DNA of 43,818 nucleotides from a virus (taxonomy: Duplodnaviria > Caudoviricetes), in the IMG/VR virus record IMGVR_UViG_3300031965_000062, positions 1 through 43,818 of that record; one strand, 5' to 3'. The position numbers were made by a program, and so were the translations under genes. The notes under the pieces were generated by a model. It did not search any database, was not told the origin of the DNA, and saw only the letters and a list, made by a program, of their open reading frames with translations. The stretch's first letter is position 1; every line of letters starts with the position of its first letter. Positions 7,338 through 15,541 of this stretch are shown one piece after another.

Positions 7338-9782
7338 CTAAGCGAAGAAATACGGGGCTGTCAGCACCTCGCGAATGTCGAGATCCCCCCGCGGGGGCGG
7401 GTCGGGAAGGTGCAGGCCGGTATCGCGCTCAATGTCCGCCTTGAATTCCGCCAGCACGTCTCGCTCTTCGTAGAGTTTCACGAACTCTTCGCGGAGAACG
7501 ACCGAGACAATTGGAGCGTCGGCCGCGTGGCAGCCGTAAGAGTCGTGGATCATCGCCCACCGCACATGGTCGGGTCCGACGCGCCGCTCCGTTTCAGCGA
7601 CCGTCATCATCATGTGGCACGAGTCCAGCGAGTGAACGAAGTTCGGCGCGACGCCGGCTGATTGCTTGCGGGGGCTGAGATCCTTCAAGCGATCTTTGAT
7701 CCGCAGGATGAGGCGCCCGAGGATCTGAGTCGTCACTCGGCCCTTGACATGCTTGCGGTATTTCTGGACCACTTTCAACCCGAGAGGTGTCGACCACCGC
7801 AGCGGGAGCTTCATCTCGGACGTGATACCCGCAACTTCCTGTAGCCACTCCATCACGATCTTCGCCGAGACCACGACTTCATGAATCGACTCGAAGATCA
7901 GCCGCGTGAGAACGATGCTCGCATCCCAAGGCTCTTCAAGCTCGATCTCGACTCCCGTGTCGGCGACCTCGGCGAGGTAGGCTACAAGCTGCTCTTGCAT
8001 TCCGTGTGCCGTGGCTCCGTAAGGCAAGGTCATAACCTGACGCTTCACGATGCTGCGCCCTAGTAGCCCCGACTTCAGCCACGCCCGCGCGGTCCAGCCT
8101 TTTACGCTCTCTTCTTTCGCTAGGACTTTCAGCTTGCTCTCGACGACGTCGGCGACCTCCTGGTAGATGTCCTGTGGGACGTCGCAAGTCGTGAGGTTTA
8201 CGGACTTGCCGCCGACGGGGTCACGGACCATAGCGCTGTAGTGCTGCAAACCATTACAGGTTCCGTCCATCGCTACGACCTTGTGCGATACGAAGTCAAA
8301 CGGCCGCCCCCTGGAGTTCCATTCAGCCGCCTCAAGGCACCATGCTAGGAACTGCCAAGGATCGCTGGCGTCCATCCACCATTTCGACACAACAGGGTCG
8401 GAAGCCGTCTCCGAGATCAACTCCCAATGCTCCTCAACCCAAGCGATCCGGTCGTCGAAGGACACTTTGTCGACCCCGAAGTGGTTAGCGCCAGAGACCA
8501 TAAACCACCTGACACTTTCATGTGTGTCTAAGGCCTTCCCGTCGGCGAACTCCAAGAGCCCCCGCGCCAAGTCCGGCCCCTGCGGTGCCAAAAACTGCGG
8601 GATGCAGTACGCCCGCCCTCGCCAGTCGAGCTGGTAGGGGTAGTAGAAGCGCTCGAATCCTCTCAGTTCTTCCGCGATGGCATGGATCTTAGCTGCGGTG
8701 AATAGCTTAGACTTTCGCCGCAGCTCGTCGTCGAATGTCCGCGCTCGCGCCCTGCGCCAAGCCTTCCACATCTCCCGCTGAACTGGATTCATGTCTTGAG
8801 GCTTCACGTCGAACGGCAACTCGATCGGGCGGTCCGCCAGCTCGATGGACGTCCGGTCGGGAATCTCTGGGAGAGCCTCCGTAGTTGAATGCCAAAGGGT
8901 TGTCATCGCCTCCAGTACGTCGCGGTTGACGCGCCACGCTGTTCCCTGCATCGCATTGATCGCTGTCAGGATGATCGCCGGAGGACGCTCATGGTCGACG
9001 TGCTGCGTTGAGCCGTCGCGCTGCTTCACGAGAGGTAGCCCGAAAGAGTAGTATCCCCCGCCGAATGGCGCCTCCCACAGCTTCGGTTTCGTGGAGACAG
9101 GAGTGAACCACGGGCGTAGGATCTCCAGTTTCGAGTGACCGTCTGCGATCGCTTTCAGCAGCGCCGGGGTCGGAAGTACGTACCACGATCCCCGTCCTTT
9201 TTCGACGGTCACCATGCCCGTCGACGACCTCATCAATTCGATCAGCTTCCCGCCGACTTCGATGATCTGCCGAGCGCCCCACCGCTCCAGCGGCGGAACC
9301 AAGGGACTCGCAATACTGATTCTCGCCATGAGTTTTCTCTGATAGCCGTAGTGCTGGCTCTGCGATATCAGAAGCTGCGCCCTCCGGTACTCAGCGGGAT
9401 CGTGCTTCTTGAACCACCGGCATCGAATCTCGTCTTCAATCCGCGCGCCGACCCCTCGCGCCGTCGCGGTCAGCTTCTTGTGTTGACCGAACGAGTCAAG
9501 CACCGTGCGGGCTGTGATGAGGGCCGACACCTCATACGGGATTTCTCGAAGGGACATCGTCGCCCTCGAAACTCGTCCGTAACGCGTCCTGCTACGAAGG
9601 TTGCACTCCGTCTTGATCGCGGCTGTCAGCAACGGAACCGCGTCCAGGAGCGCCGCCAGTCCCGCCCCCTGGTGCGACGCCCTCTGCTTTTCCTCTGCGA
9701 TCCTCGCCCGAGACCTGTACCTCGTAACCCCTTGATGAAGCATCGAAATCTCTTCTTGGATCTGCTTTGTAACGTCGTCCAT
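7338..9782 (-). CDS. Single-subunit T7-like DNA-directed RNA polymerase
   Basis: DWRGRAY, PQGPDLARGLLEF, DGTCNGLQHY (motif A), RSIVKRQVMTLPYG (motif B), APNFVHSLD, IHDSYG (motif C). Confidence 0.98.
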   Translation of the reverse strand: MDDVTKQIQEEISMLHQGVTRYRSRARIAEEKQRASHQGAGLAALLDAVPLLTAAIKTECNLRSRTRYGRVSRATMSLREIPYEVSALITARTVLDSFGQHKKLTATARGVGARIEDEIRCRWFKKHDPAEYRRAQLLISQSQHYGYQRKLMARISIASPLVPPLERWGARQIIEVGGKLIELMRSSTGMVTVEKGRGSWYVLPTPALLKAIADGHSKLEILRPWFTPVSTKPKLWEAPFGGGYYSFGLPLVKQRDGSTQHVDHERPPAIILTAINAMQGTAWRVNRDVLEAMTTLWHSTTEALPEIPDRTSIELADRPIELPFDVKPQDMNPVQREMWKAWRRARARTFDDELRRKSKLFTAAKIHAIAEELRGFERFYYPYQLDWRGRAYCIPQFLAPQGPDLARGLLEFADGKALDTHESVRWFMVSGANHFGVDKVSFDDRIAWVEEHWELISETASDPVVSKWWMDASDPWQFLAWCLEAAEWNSRGRPFDFVSHKVVAMDGTCNGLQHYSAMVRDPVGGKSVNLTTCDVPQDIYQEVADVVESKLKVLAKEESVKGWTARAWLKSGLLGRSIVKRQVMTLPYGATAHGMQEQLVAYLAEVADTGVEIELEEPWDASIVLTRLIFESIHEVVVSAKIVMEWLQEVAGITSEMKLPLRWSTPLGLKVVQKYRKHVKGRVTTQILGRLILRIKDRLKDLSPRKQSAGVAPNFVHSLDSCHMMMTVAETERRVGPDHVRWAMIHDSYGCHAADAPIVSVVLREEFVKLYEERDVLAEFKADIERDTGLHLPDPPPRGDLDIREVLTAPYFFA

Positions 9783-9863
9783 GCGTCTCCCCGTTCGCGC
9801 GCGTTATACGTTCTTTTCGACAGGCTCTTTTCTAGACGGTCCGTGGGGTTCTTTTCTATAGCT

Positions 9864-9880
9864 ATAGTACTATGCTAGTA
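9864..9880. repeat. 17-bp direct repeat ATAGTACTATGCTAGTA, copy 1 (palindromic core)
   Basis: Second copy at 10276-10292. Confidence 0.85.
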
Positions 9881-10126
9881 CTGGTCTTCGTTCTGGTCTT
9901 CGTTCTGGTCTTCGTTCTGGTCTTCGTTCTGGTCTTCGTTCTGGGGTTCGTTCTGGTCTTCGTTCTGGTCTTCGTTCCGGGGTTCGTTCTGGGGTTTTTC
10001 TATCAGGAACTTGACGAGGATCTCAGCTAGGATGATTGTTCCTAGACTCGCCAAGGTTCCCACAAAGACCAAGACCACCCCTAAGTCATAAAGGTTAGCT
10101 AGTAATGCCTTGTTAGTCTTTCTCAT
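9875..10126 (-). CDS. Possible small membrane protein with an (NEDQ)n tail
   Basis: TM segment plus a repeat-encoded tail; may be incidental to the DNA repeats. Confidence 0.4.
   Translation of the reverse strand: MRKTNKALLANLYDLGVVLVFVGTLASLGTIILAEILVKFLIEKPQNEPRNEDQNEDQNEPQNEDQNEDQNEDQNEDQNEDQY
9881..9995. repeat. 12-bp tandem array (CTGGTCTTCGTT) x about 9
   Basis: Directly visible, with variants CTGGGGTTCGTT and CCGGGGTTCGTT. Confidence 0.95.
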
Positions 10127-10166
10127 ATTGGTCTTCTTATTAGGTGTTGTACTAAGGTTTGATTAG

Positions 10167-10198
10167 TATTCGTATTGGTATTCGTACTGGTATTCGTA
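10167..10198. repeat. 12-bp tandem array (TATTCGTAYTGG) x about 2.7
   Basis: tattcgtattgg tattcgtactgg tattcgta. Confidence 0.85.
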
Positions 10199-10206
10199 TA
10201 AAGACT

Positions 10207-10278
10207 CTTATAAACATCCTTATAAACATCCTTATAAACATCCTTATAAACATCCTTATAAGCATCTTTATAAGCATA
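10207..10278. repeat. 12-bp AT-rich tandem array (CTTATAAACATC) x about 6
   Basis: Four exact units followed by two degenerate ...TAAGCAT units. Confidence 0.92.
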
Positions 10279-10292
10279 GTACTATGCTAGTA
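10273..10292. promoter_or_regulatory. 16-bp perfect palindrome AGCATAGTACTATGCT overlapping 17-bp repeat copy 2; candidate operator or recombination site
   Basis: Palindrome seen at 10273-10288; function inferred. Confidence 0.45.
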
Positions 10293-10310
10293 TTATGATA
10301 ATAGTCTCTT

Positions 10311-10331
10311 TCTTTCATGGTCACCGATAGA
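10311..10331 (-). promoter_or_regulatory. Putative phage RNAP promoter, copy 2
   Basis: Identical to 7307-7327; 32 bp downstream of the integrase stop and pointing toward the RNAP gene. Confidence 0.55.
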
Positions 10332-10363
10332 CAATTCCCTTCTACTTCAACTACTTAGACCCC

Positions 10364-11575
10364 CTAAATTTTCCAGTCTAACTTTGCTACCAATTCAACT
10401 AGCTGCGGCAGCGGGTACTCTTTCCCGTATCTCCCCGTCGTCATTGACGAATTCGAGTGACCAAGAAGCTGAGCGATCAGAGCTTCCGGGGCTCCAGAGT
10501 GCTTCAGCTTCGTAGCTACGCTGTGTCTAATGCTGTACAGTACCAGCTTAGGGTCGGTAATGCCCTTGGTCTTCCTGAGCCACGTCTCGTTGAACCACCG
10601 AGACGGAGTCGAGGCGAGTCTCCCCGCTGCTCCCGGTTTCAACTCGGGGAACAACAGGCTCTCGGACTCCCCGGAGGGCCCGAGGATCTGGTGAATTCCG
10701 AGATTCCACAGCTCCGGGTGAATAGGTACTAGCCGCCGGCTGGCTTCGTTCTTGATCCTCTGACCAGGGAGAGCCCCCGTGAAGTCGAAGACCCATACCC
10801 CGTCGGCGTCCCTCTTGTCCGCCTCGATCAGATCCCTCTGTCGTAGCTGGGCTACTTCCTCCGGTCGGGCGCCCGTGTAGAGCATAATCAGAGGAATCCA
10901 GAATCTTGCAACGGTCGCACCTACTGGTTTGAACCTTCTGAAGATATACCCTATCTCTGCGTCGGAAAAGGCTTTTCTCTGACCGGCTGGGGCATTACGA
11001 ACCCTCAACTTGAGGCCGGCGGCGGGGTTCGTGCCGATTTGGGAGCGCGCGACACACCAGTTGAAAAAAGCGGAAATGACCGATAGGTGATGGTTCACGG
11101 TCGATTCGGTCAAGTCGGCCTTGAGTAGAAGCCCTCGGTAATTTACGACGTCGCTCCGGGAGATGTACTGGAGAAGCCGCAGCCCCCCGATGTGGCACTC
11201 AAAACGACCGAGCGTCTGCCGGACAATGTCGCCGTGCTGAGGGCTGACATTCGGGAACTTTTCGCCGAAGAACTCAAGGAGAGCCTGTTCGAGAACGATC
11301 ATACCCCGCGGGGACTCGGGCAGAGAGCCGACGGAGTCCTTCCCCGCGGGGGTGCAGCTTTTTGTTGCACCCTGGACGCGAAAATCGCCAGACGCTCCAG
11401 GATCGCTCAGGAGCGACGATCTCGGGGGAGGGGTTGCCGGGGTACCTTCCGGACCGCGATCGTTCAACCTTGCCCCGGTTCCGCCCCGCTGCTGATGAAT
11501 CACCTCGTCTAGTCGGGTCGATATTTCGGCTACCAGCTCTCTCATTCCCACGAGCTTAGAAAAGTCCGATACCAT
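10364..11575 (-). CDS. int: Tyrosine recombinase / phage integrase
   Basis: YTGARPEE (R), IKNEAS (K), YSIRHS (HxxR variant), LLGHS, TTGRY (Y); RBS GGAGGA before ATG 11575. Confidence 0.93.
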   Translation of the reverse strand: MVSDFSKLVGMRELVAEISTRLDEVIHQQRGGTGARLNDRGPEGTPATPPPRSSLLSDPGASGDFRVQGATKSCTPAGKDSVGSLPESPRGMIVLEQALLEFFGEKFPNVSPQHGDIVRQTLGRFECHIGGLRLLQYISRSDVVNYRGLLLKADLTESTVNHHLSVISAFFNWCVARSQIGTNPAAGLKLRVRNAPAGQRKAFSDAEIGYIFRRFKPVGATVARFWIPLIMLYTGARPEEVAQLRQRDLIEADKRDADGVWVFDFTGALPGQRIKNEASRRLVPIHPELWNLGIHQILGPSGESESLLFPELKPGAAGRLASTPSRWFNETWLRKTKGITDPKLVLYSIRHSVATKLKHSGAPEALIAQLLGHSNSSMTTGRYGKEYPLPQLVELVAKLDWKI

Positions 11576-11576
11576 C

Positions 11577-12533
11577 TCAATCCTCCGTTCGGTCGTGGGT
11601 GTACCCCGCGGGGCGGGGCGGGACGGGATTCCCCGCATTCTCCGGCGACGACGCTCGCAGGCCGCCGCACGTTTGGCATTTCGGTCCGTGCCACAGCGGA
11701 GCGCGTCTCAGGAAATCGCTCGGGCGCGATCCTTCCCCCGGGGGAATAGGGGTTTCGACCGTCAGCGGCTTCGGCGGCGCGACGGTATAAGACTCGCGGC
11801 GGTAGGGCACGTCGCTATAACGTCTGCCGGTGGAGAGACGACGGCGGTGCGGATCGCCGGCCTTTGCGTCGGTCACCCTCCGGTCTACGGGTCCATGACG
11901 GCGCCTTCGTTTGGCTCTTTCCCGGTCGCGCTCGTAATCCCCCTCCCGACGCCCGGTAGCGTTGGTATTTCGGCGGAAGTGTCTCGGGCGCTCTGTATCG
12001 GTCCAGGTATAGTTTTTCACCCGGCGGTCCACTGGTCCTTTGCGGTCGCAGATCCCCCTGCTTCGGGAGTCTTCTTGAGTCTTCTTCGCGGCGACGAGTC
12101 CTGCGTCTCGTTTGATCTCTGCGTCGTGAACTTCGGTCAGGGTCGGGGTGAAAAAGTCGGCCGGGAGACTAAGTTTGGGGAGCTGCCTGTACCTCCACTC
12201 TTCGGAATCCAGGGTGTGCGCCTTGAACCAGAGTAGAAAGGCGATGTTGCAGGCGGCATGGTGCAGGTGGTGGATCAGCGATTCCGCGTCGAGAAGCTCG
12301 CCGCCCTTGTAGGCTTTGAGGTGGCGTTCGAGGGCTGCGAAGTACCGACGGCCGGGGTCAGAAACCGACTTCCATCCGTCGCGGGTGTATTTCTTCGCGC
12401 CGTAGGCCAACACGCGGGCGACGGCCATTTCCAGTTCCACGGGGACCAGCGTGAAGTCGAGCTTTCCGTCGTCGAGTTTCGCGCCGGGGCTGTGAGCGTC
12501 GAGACCGCTCGGGTCTTTGTCTTGATTTTCCAT
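11577..12533 (-). CDS. DUF5664-like dATP/dGTP diphosphohydrolase domain fused to an Arg-rich repeat tail
   Basis: GAKLDDGK..LVP..VARVLAYGAKKY..W..YFAALERHL..DAESLIHHLHHAACNIAFL in the first ~105 aa. Confidence 0.8.
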   Translation of the reverse strand: MENQDKDPSGLDAHSPGAKLDDGKLDFTLVPVELEMAVARVLAYGAKKYTRDGWKSVSDPGRRYFAALERHLKAYKGGELLDAESLIHHLHHAACNIAFLLWFKAHTLDSEEWRYRQLPKLSLPADFFTPTLTEVHDAEIKRDAGLVAAKKTQEDSRSRGICDRKGPVDRRVKNYTWTDTERPRHFRRNTNATGRREGDYERDRERAKRRRRHGPVDRRVTDAKAGDPHRRRLSTGRRYSDVPYRRESYTVAPPKPLTVETPIPPGEGSRPSDFLRRAPLWHGPKCQTCGGLRASSPENAGNPVPPRPAGYTHDRTED

Positions 12534-12545
12534 TGTGCAGTTCTC

Positions 12546-12938
12546 CTAGAGTGCGTTATAGACGAGCTGAAGATCGGCCGCTACGTCGTTGAGAGCGGTA
12601 GCTTCAGAACTGTAGAACGGCGCCGTCTCCGCCGTTTCGGTGGTCTGCTCCTGCATAAACGGAATGTTCAGGGGAGGGTCTTTGACGACTTCTTGGTCGA
12701 TAATCGCGGAATTGGTATCGATGGTCGCCGAAAACGTCGCCAGATCCGAGATGATCGTCGTCATTAAGTCTAGCATCGTTTGAGTGATCTTGTCTTTGGC
12801 TTCGTGAAGGGCTGAGTTAGACCCGGCGACGAAAGATCTAGTCCGCTCAAGCTGGGCCTTGGCCTGAGTGATATCTTTTTCGGCCGTTGCTATCCGCCTC
12901 TTTAAAGCCGCGCCTGCGTTGCGTTCTACCTTCGCCAT
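12546..12938 (-). CDS. Hypothetical coiled-coil protein (possible paralog of 12963-13328)
   Basis: Starts MAKV; basic N-terminal helix and acidic C-terminal half. Confidence 0.7.
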   Translation of the reverse strand: MAKVERNAGAALKRRIATAEKDITQAKAQLERTRSFVAGSNSALHEAKDKITQTMLDLMTTIISDLATFSATIDTNSAIIDQEVVKDPPLNIPFMQEQTTETAETAPFYSSEATALNDVAADLQLVYNAL

Positions 12939-12962
12939 CTTGATTTTTCCTTTTCTTCAGTA

Positions 12963-13328
12963 CTAGAACGAATCGAATACCGCTTGAACGGAGGCAAGAG
13001 CGGCGGTTATATCATCCGTGATTCTGCCGGTGATATCCGCTGTCACGCCCGTTATAACGGCGGACTGAGCTAGCGTCTCCGTTACGTTGGCCGGCTCGTC
13101 GAGGAACGCTTCCTCTCGGAGGATGTTCGCGTCCTCGATCGTGATCCTGTGAGACTCTAAATCTGCTGCGGCGCCCGTTAGAGAGTCGATCAGAGTTTGC
13201 GTGACGTTCTCGTCGACGGTGATGACCTCCGACGGAACACTTGACTCAGTGCGCTTGCGCTCTCGCTGTAGTCTCTCTAATTCGCCCAGTAATCGCCGGA
13301 GGCGCCCGTCGTATTTCACTTTTGCCAT
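12963..13328 (-). CDS. Hypothetical coiled-coil protein (possible paralog of 12546-12938)
   Basis: Starts MAKV; same charge layout. Confidence 0.7.
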   Translation of the reverse strand: MAKVKYDGRLRRLLGELERLQRERKRTESSVPSEVITVDENVTQTLIDSLTGAAADLESHRITIEDANILREEAFLDEPANVTETLAQSAVITGVTADITGRITDDITAALASVQAVFDSF

Positions 13329-13331
13329 GTT

Positions 13332-13592
13332 CTACTTCCTCTCTCGTTTGAGTAACGGCTGTCGCCACGAGTGTTCGATCCGCGGCGGAGGGCCGATCTC
13401 TCGCAACTTGTCCGCTAACAAGTCGCGCTGTTCCTTCATTCTCAACAGTTCCCGACGGTGATTGAACCACTTCCGAGCGTCTTTCATAATGTAAAGCTCC
13501 AGGGCTTTGCAGACGCGCTTTTCAGGTGCGAACGTTTCCGGTAGATACCTCCGGATCAGTCGGACCAACAGGGCTGTCAATCTAGCTCTCAT
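13332..13592 (-). CDS. Hypothetical early protein
   Basis: ATG overlaps the upstream stop; RBS-like GAGGAG. Confidence 0.55.
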   Translation of the reverse strand: MRARLTALLVRLIRRYLPETFAPEKRVCKALELYIMKDARKWFNHRRELLRMKEQRDLLADKLREIGPPPRIEHSWRQPLLKRERK

Positions 13593-13807
13593 GTTTGGCT
13601 CTTCTCCTCTGCGAACAAAACCCCGACGTTGAAGTCGAGCGTACTCTGTACCGTGTAGAAGTCCAGAGCCACGCCAAGTTCGGGGTGCTTCTCCCACATC
13701 CATTCAACGAGTCCCTTGTAGTCCGTGCTCGCGCCGTAGACTTGAATGCGCCCGTCCTCGTCCTTCAAAGGGCTGGTCGATATAGCGATCCAGATTACAA
13801 TCTCCAC
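13589..13807 (-). CDS. Hypothetical early protein
   Basis: Tandem minus-strand ORF with RBS GGAGG. Confidence 0.6.
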   Translation of the reverse strand: MEIVIWIAISTSPLKDEDGRIQVYGASTDYKGLVEWMWEKHPELGVALDFYTVQSTLDFNVGVLFAEEKSQT

Positions 13808-13870
13808 TCCTACGCCTCCACACGGCCGCTTAGTAAGTGTCCGCGTTTACGGAAAGGTGACGGGGCTGGG

Positions 13871-14260
13871 CTATTTTCCTGGAGGGGCTGACTTGTTTTT
13901 CTCCCTCCGCTTTTTCCACGCCTCGGCGGCCTGACCCGCGCTAGACCTCACGCACTGATCGGCCCAAAAGAAGCGGCCGTCGGTGGTCGCGACCACAACG
14001 TCGCAAGTCGAATTCGCCCGCCTGATTCCGGGCTGGCGGTAGAGATGATCGACTACCCCGTAGCTTTCCCCGACGTTGCTGTTGAGCAGCGGCGCGAAAT
14101 GGGCGAGACGGCGGACGGTCCGTCCAGGGTAGATCAGTTTGCCGTCGGCGCCCTCGACCCTTTCCCCTTCGGGGTTCTCTTCCCTTGAGTACGCACTGAC
14201 GCGGACGGTCGGGTAGAGCGGAACTGCCGGGTAGGTTTTTCGCTTCTCAGCCATAATCAT
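13871..14260 (-). CDS. Hypothetical early protein
   Basis: Coupled to the upstream ORF stop. Confidence 0.6.
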   Translation of the reverse strand: MIMAEKRKTYPAVPLYPTVRVSAYSREENPEGERVEGADGKLIYPGRTVRRLAHFAPLLNSNVGESYGVVDHLYRQPGIRRANSTCDVVVATTDGRFFWADQCVRSSAGQAAEAWKKRREKNKSAPPGK

Positions 14261-14451
14261 TCCCACCCTAGCTGTTTGCTCGCCTGTACGTAGGCGGCGT
14301 TGTTTTCCGCCCGCTTTTCAGCGAGGCGGGCGAGCCAGTAATCGCCTACCTCGCCTTGCATGAGCGGGTCGCCCAGCGGAGCGAAGCGGACTTTCCGCAA
14401 CAGTTCACAAACGCTTAGGCTGTCGATGTGGTCCTTGGTTTCCTGAGTCAT
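14257..14451 (-). CDS. Hypothetical early protein
   Basis: RBS GAGG; IDSLSVCELLRKVRFAPLGDPLMQGE. Confidence 0.6.
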   Translation of the reverse strand: MTQETKDHIDSLSVCELLRKVRFAPLGDPLMQGEVGDYWLARLAEKRAENNAAYVQASKQLGWE

Positions 14452-14472
14452 TTTTCGTAATACCTCATTCCT

Positions 14473-14700
14473 CTAGATGGTTAGACCGTACATCATTTCA
14501 TAGTCGCATCCGCAAAGGCCCTTAGAGGAGGGGATTTCCATGCACGATTCGCAGCGCGCGGTCCTCAACTGTTCAATGTCGGCGCAACAATTCGCGCACG
14601 TTCCGGGCGAGCCGCTTTCAAACAGAATATCGGGCTCGTGCGCGTGATCGCAATTCGGGCAATAAACAAGCGAGTCTAGGAACTGATTGAAGGACACCAT
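14473..14700 (-). CDS. Small Cys-rich (Zn-finger-like) early protein
   Basis: CPNC, CANC, CESC, CGC motifs. Confidence 0.6.
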   Translation of the reverse strand: MVSFNQFLDSLVYCPNCDHAHEPDILFESGSPGTCANCCADIEQLRTARCESCMEIPSSKGLCGCDYEMMYGLTI

Positions 14701-14713
14701 TGTTTGTAGTACC

Positions 14714-14896
14714 TCATTTCGGTAGCGGCTTCCCGTGAACGAACATTCGCCGCCCCTCTAGGTAGCCGTTTGAGTAGCTCGGATCGCGACGTCCCCCTGC
14801 ATGAAAGCCTGAGACTCCGAGGTAGGCGTCAAGCCATCCGTCGATCAGTCCGCTCCGGTACTCTGCTGTCATGTTCGGTGTCCCCCTTGCCTTCAT
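14714..14896 (-). CDS. Hypothetical early protein
   Basis: Coupled ORF; YRSGLIDG..YSNGYLEG pattern. Confidence 0.5.
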   Translation of the reverse strand: MKARGTPNMTAEYRSGLIDGWLDAYLGVSGFHAGGRRDPSYSNGYLEGRRMFVHGKPLPK

Positions 14897-15168
14897 ACGG
14901 TCGGCGTTGAGTCGAACCCTTCAAGGGCGTCTCTCAAATCGTTCAAGAGAATCTGCACGATGTGGTGGCGCCATTCGTCTAACTCTAGGTCGAAGAGCGA
15001 TTCACTCCCACCCCTATCGAAAAACCTGAGGACGTTAGCCGCCGCAACGTGCAGTTTTTGAACGGAGGTGGCCGGACGGCGGTCTGTGTTGACTTTCGCG
15101 ACTCCCGGTTTTTCCGTTTTCTGTGACGGGCCGCGCACGATCGGTTCGGGCTCGTGATCGTAGTTCAT
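14893..15168 (-). CDS. Hypothetical early protein
   Basis: ATG overlaps the upstream stop; RBS GAGGAG. Confidence 0.55.
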   Translation of the reverse strand: MNYDHEPEPIVRGPSQKTEKPGVAKVNTDRRPATSVQKLHVAAANVLRFFDRGGSESLFDLELDEWRHHIVQILLNDLRDALEGFDSTPTV

Positions 15169-15350
15169 AGCGGAGTCTCCTCGATCTCGTCGATGATCGC
15201 CTGTAGCTCGTCCGCGAGAATCGTAAGTGAAGAGTGTAAGTCGTGCGCGGCAAACGTCAGGCATACTTTCACCCCGCGCAATCGGCTGACGATACTCGGG
15301 CGATCTTCTCTTCTTGCGATCTCTTCGCGCTCCTCTATCGTCGATTTCAT
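15165..15350 (-). CDS. Hypothetical early protein
   Basis: RBS GGAGG; ATGA coupling. Confidence 0.55.
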   Translation of the reverse strand: MKSTIEEREEIARREDRPSIVSRLRGVKVCLTFAAHDLHSSLTILADELQAIIDEIEETPL

Positions 15351-15541
15351 TTCGGTCCTCCCTTTGAGCCTACCCGCGAACGCCCCCAGATTTCCGCGTG
15401 TCGGTTCGCGATCTCATCTAGCAGATCTTGCTCTAGAGCGGCTAGGCGCTCCCTCGCTTTTTCAAGGGCTATGGCCGCCTCGCGAAGGCGCCATTCCTTT
15501 TCGGACGCTGCGGAGCGCTCATCCCTCATCGTTGATGCCAA
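15347..15541 (-). CDS. Hypothetical coiled-coil early protein (likely ATG start 15529)
   Basis: Tandem operon position. Confidence 0.5.
   Translation of the reverse strand: MASTMRDERSAASEKEWRLREAAIALEKARERLAALEQDLLDEIANRHAEIWGRSRVGSKGGPK

Noticed and set aside
9881-10278. Repeat arrays as a CRISPR array
   Set aside because: Contiguous 12-bp units with no unique spacers and no cas genes.
1-12533. Calling this a Z-genome (2-aminoadenine) phage
   Set aside because: No PurZ-like adenylosuccinate synthetase is visible; the hydrolases alone are insufficient.
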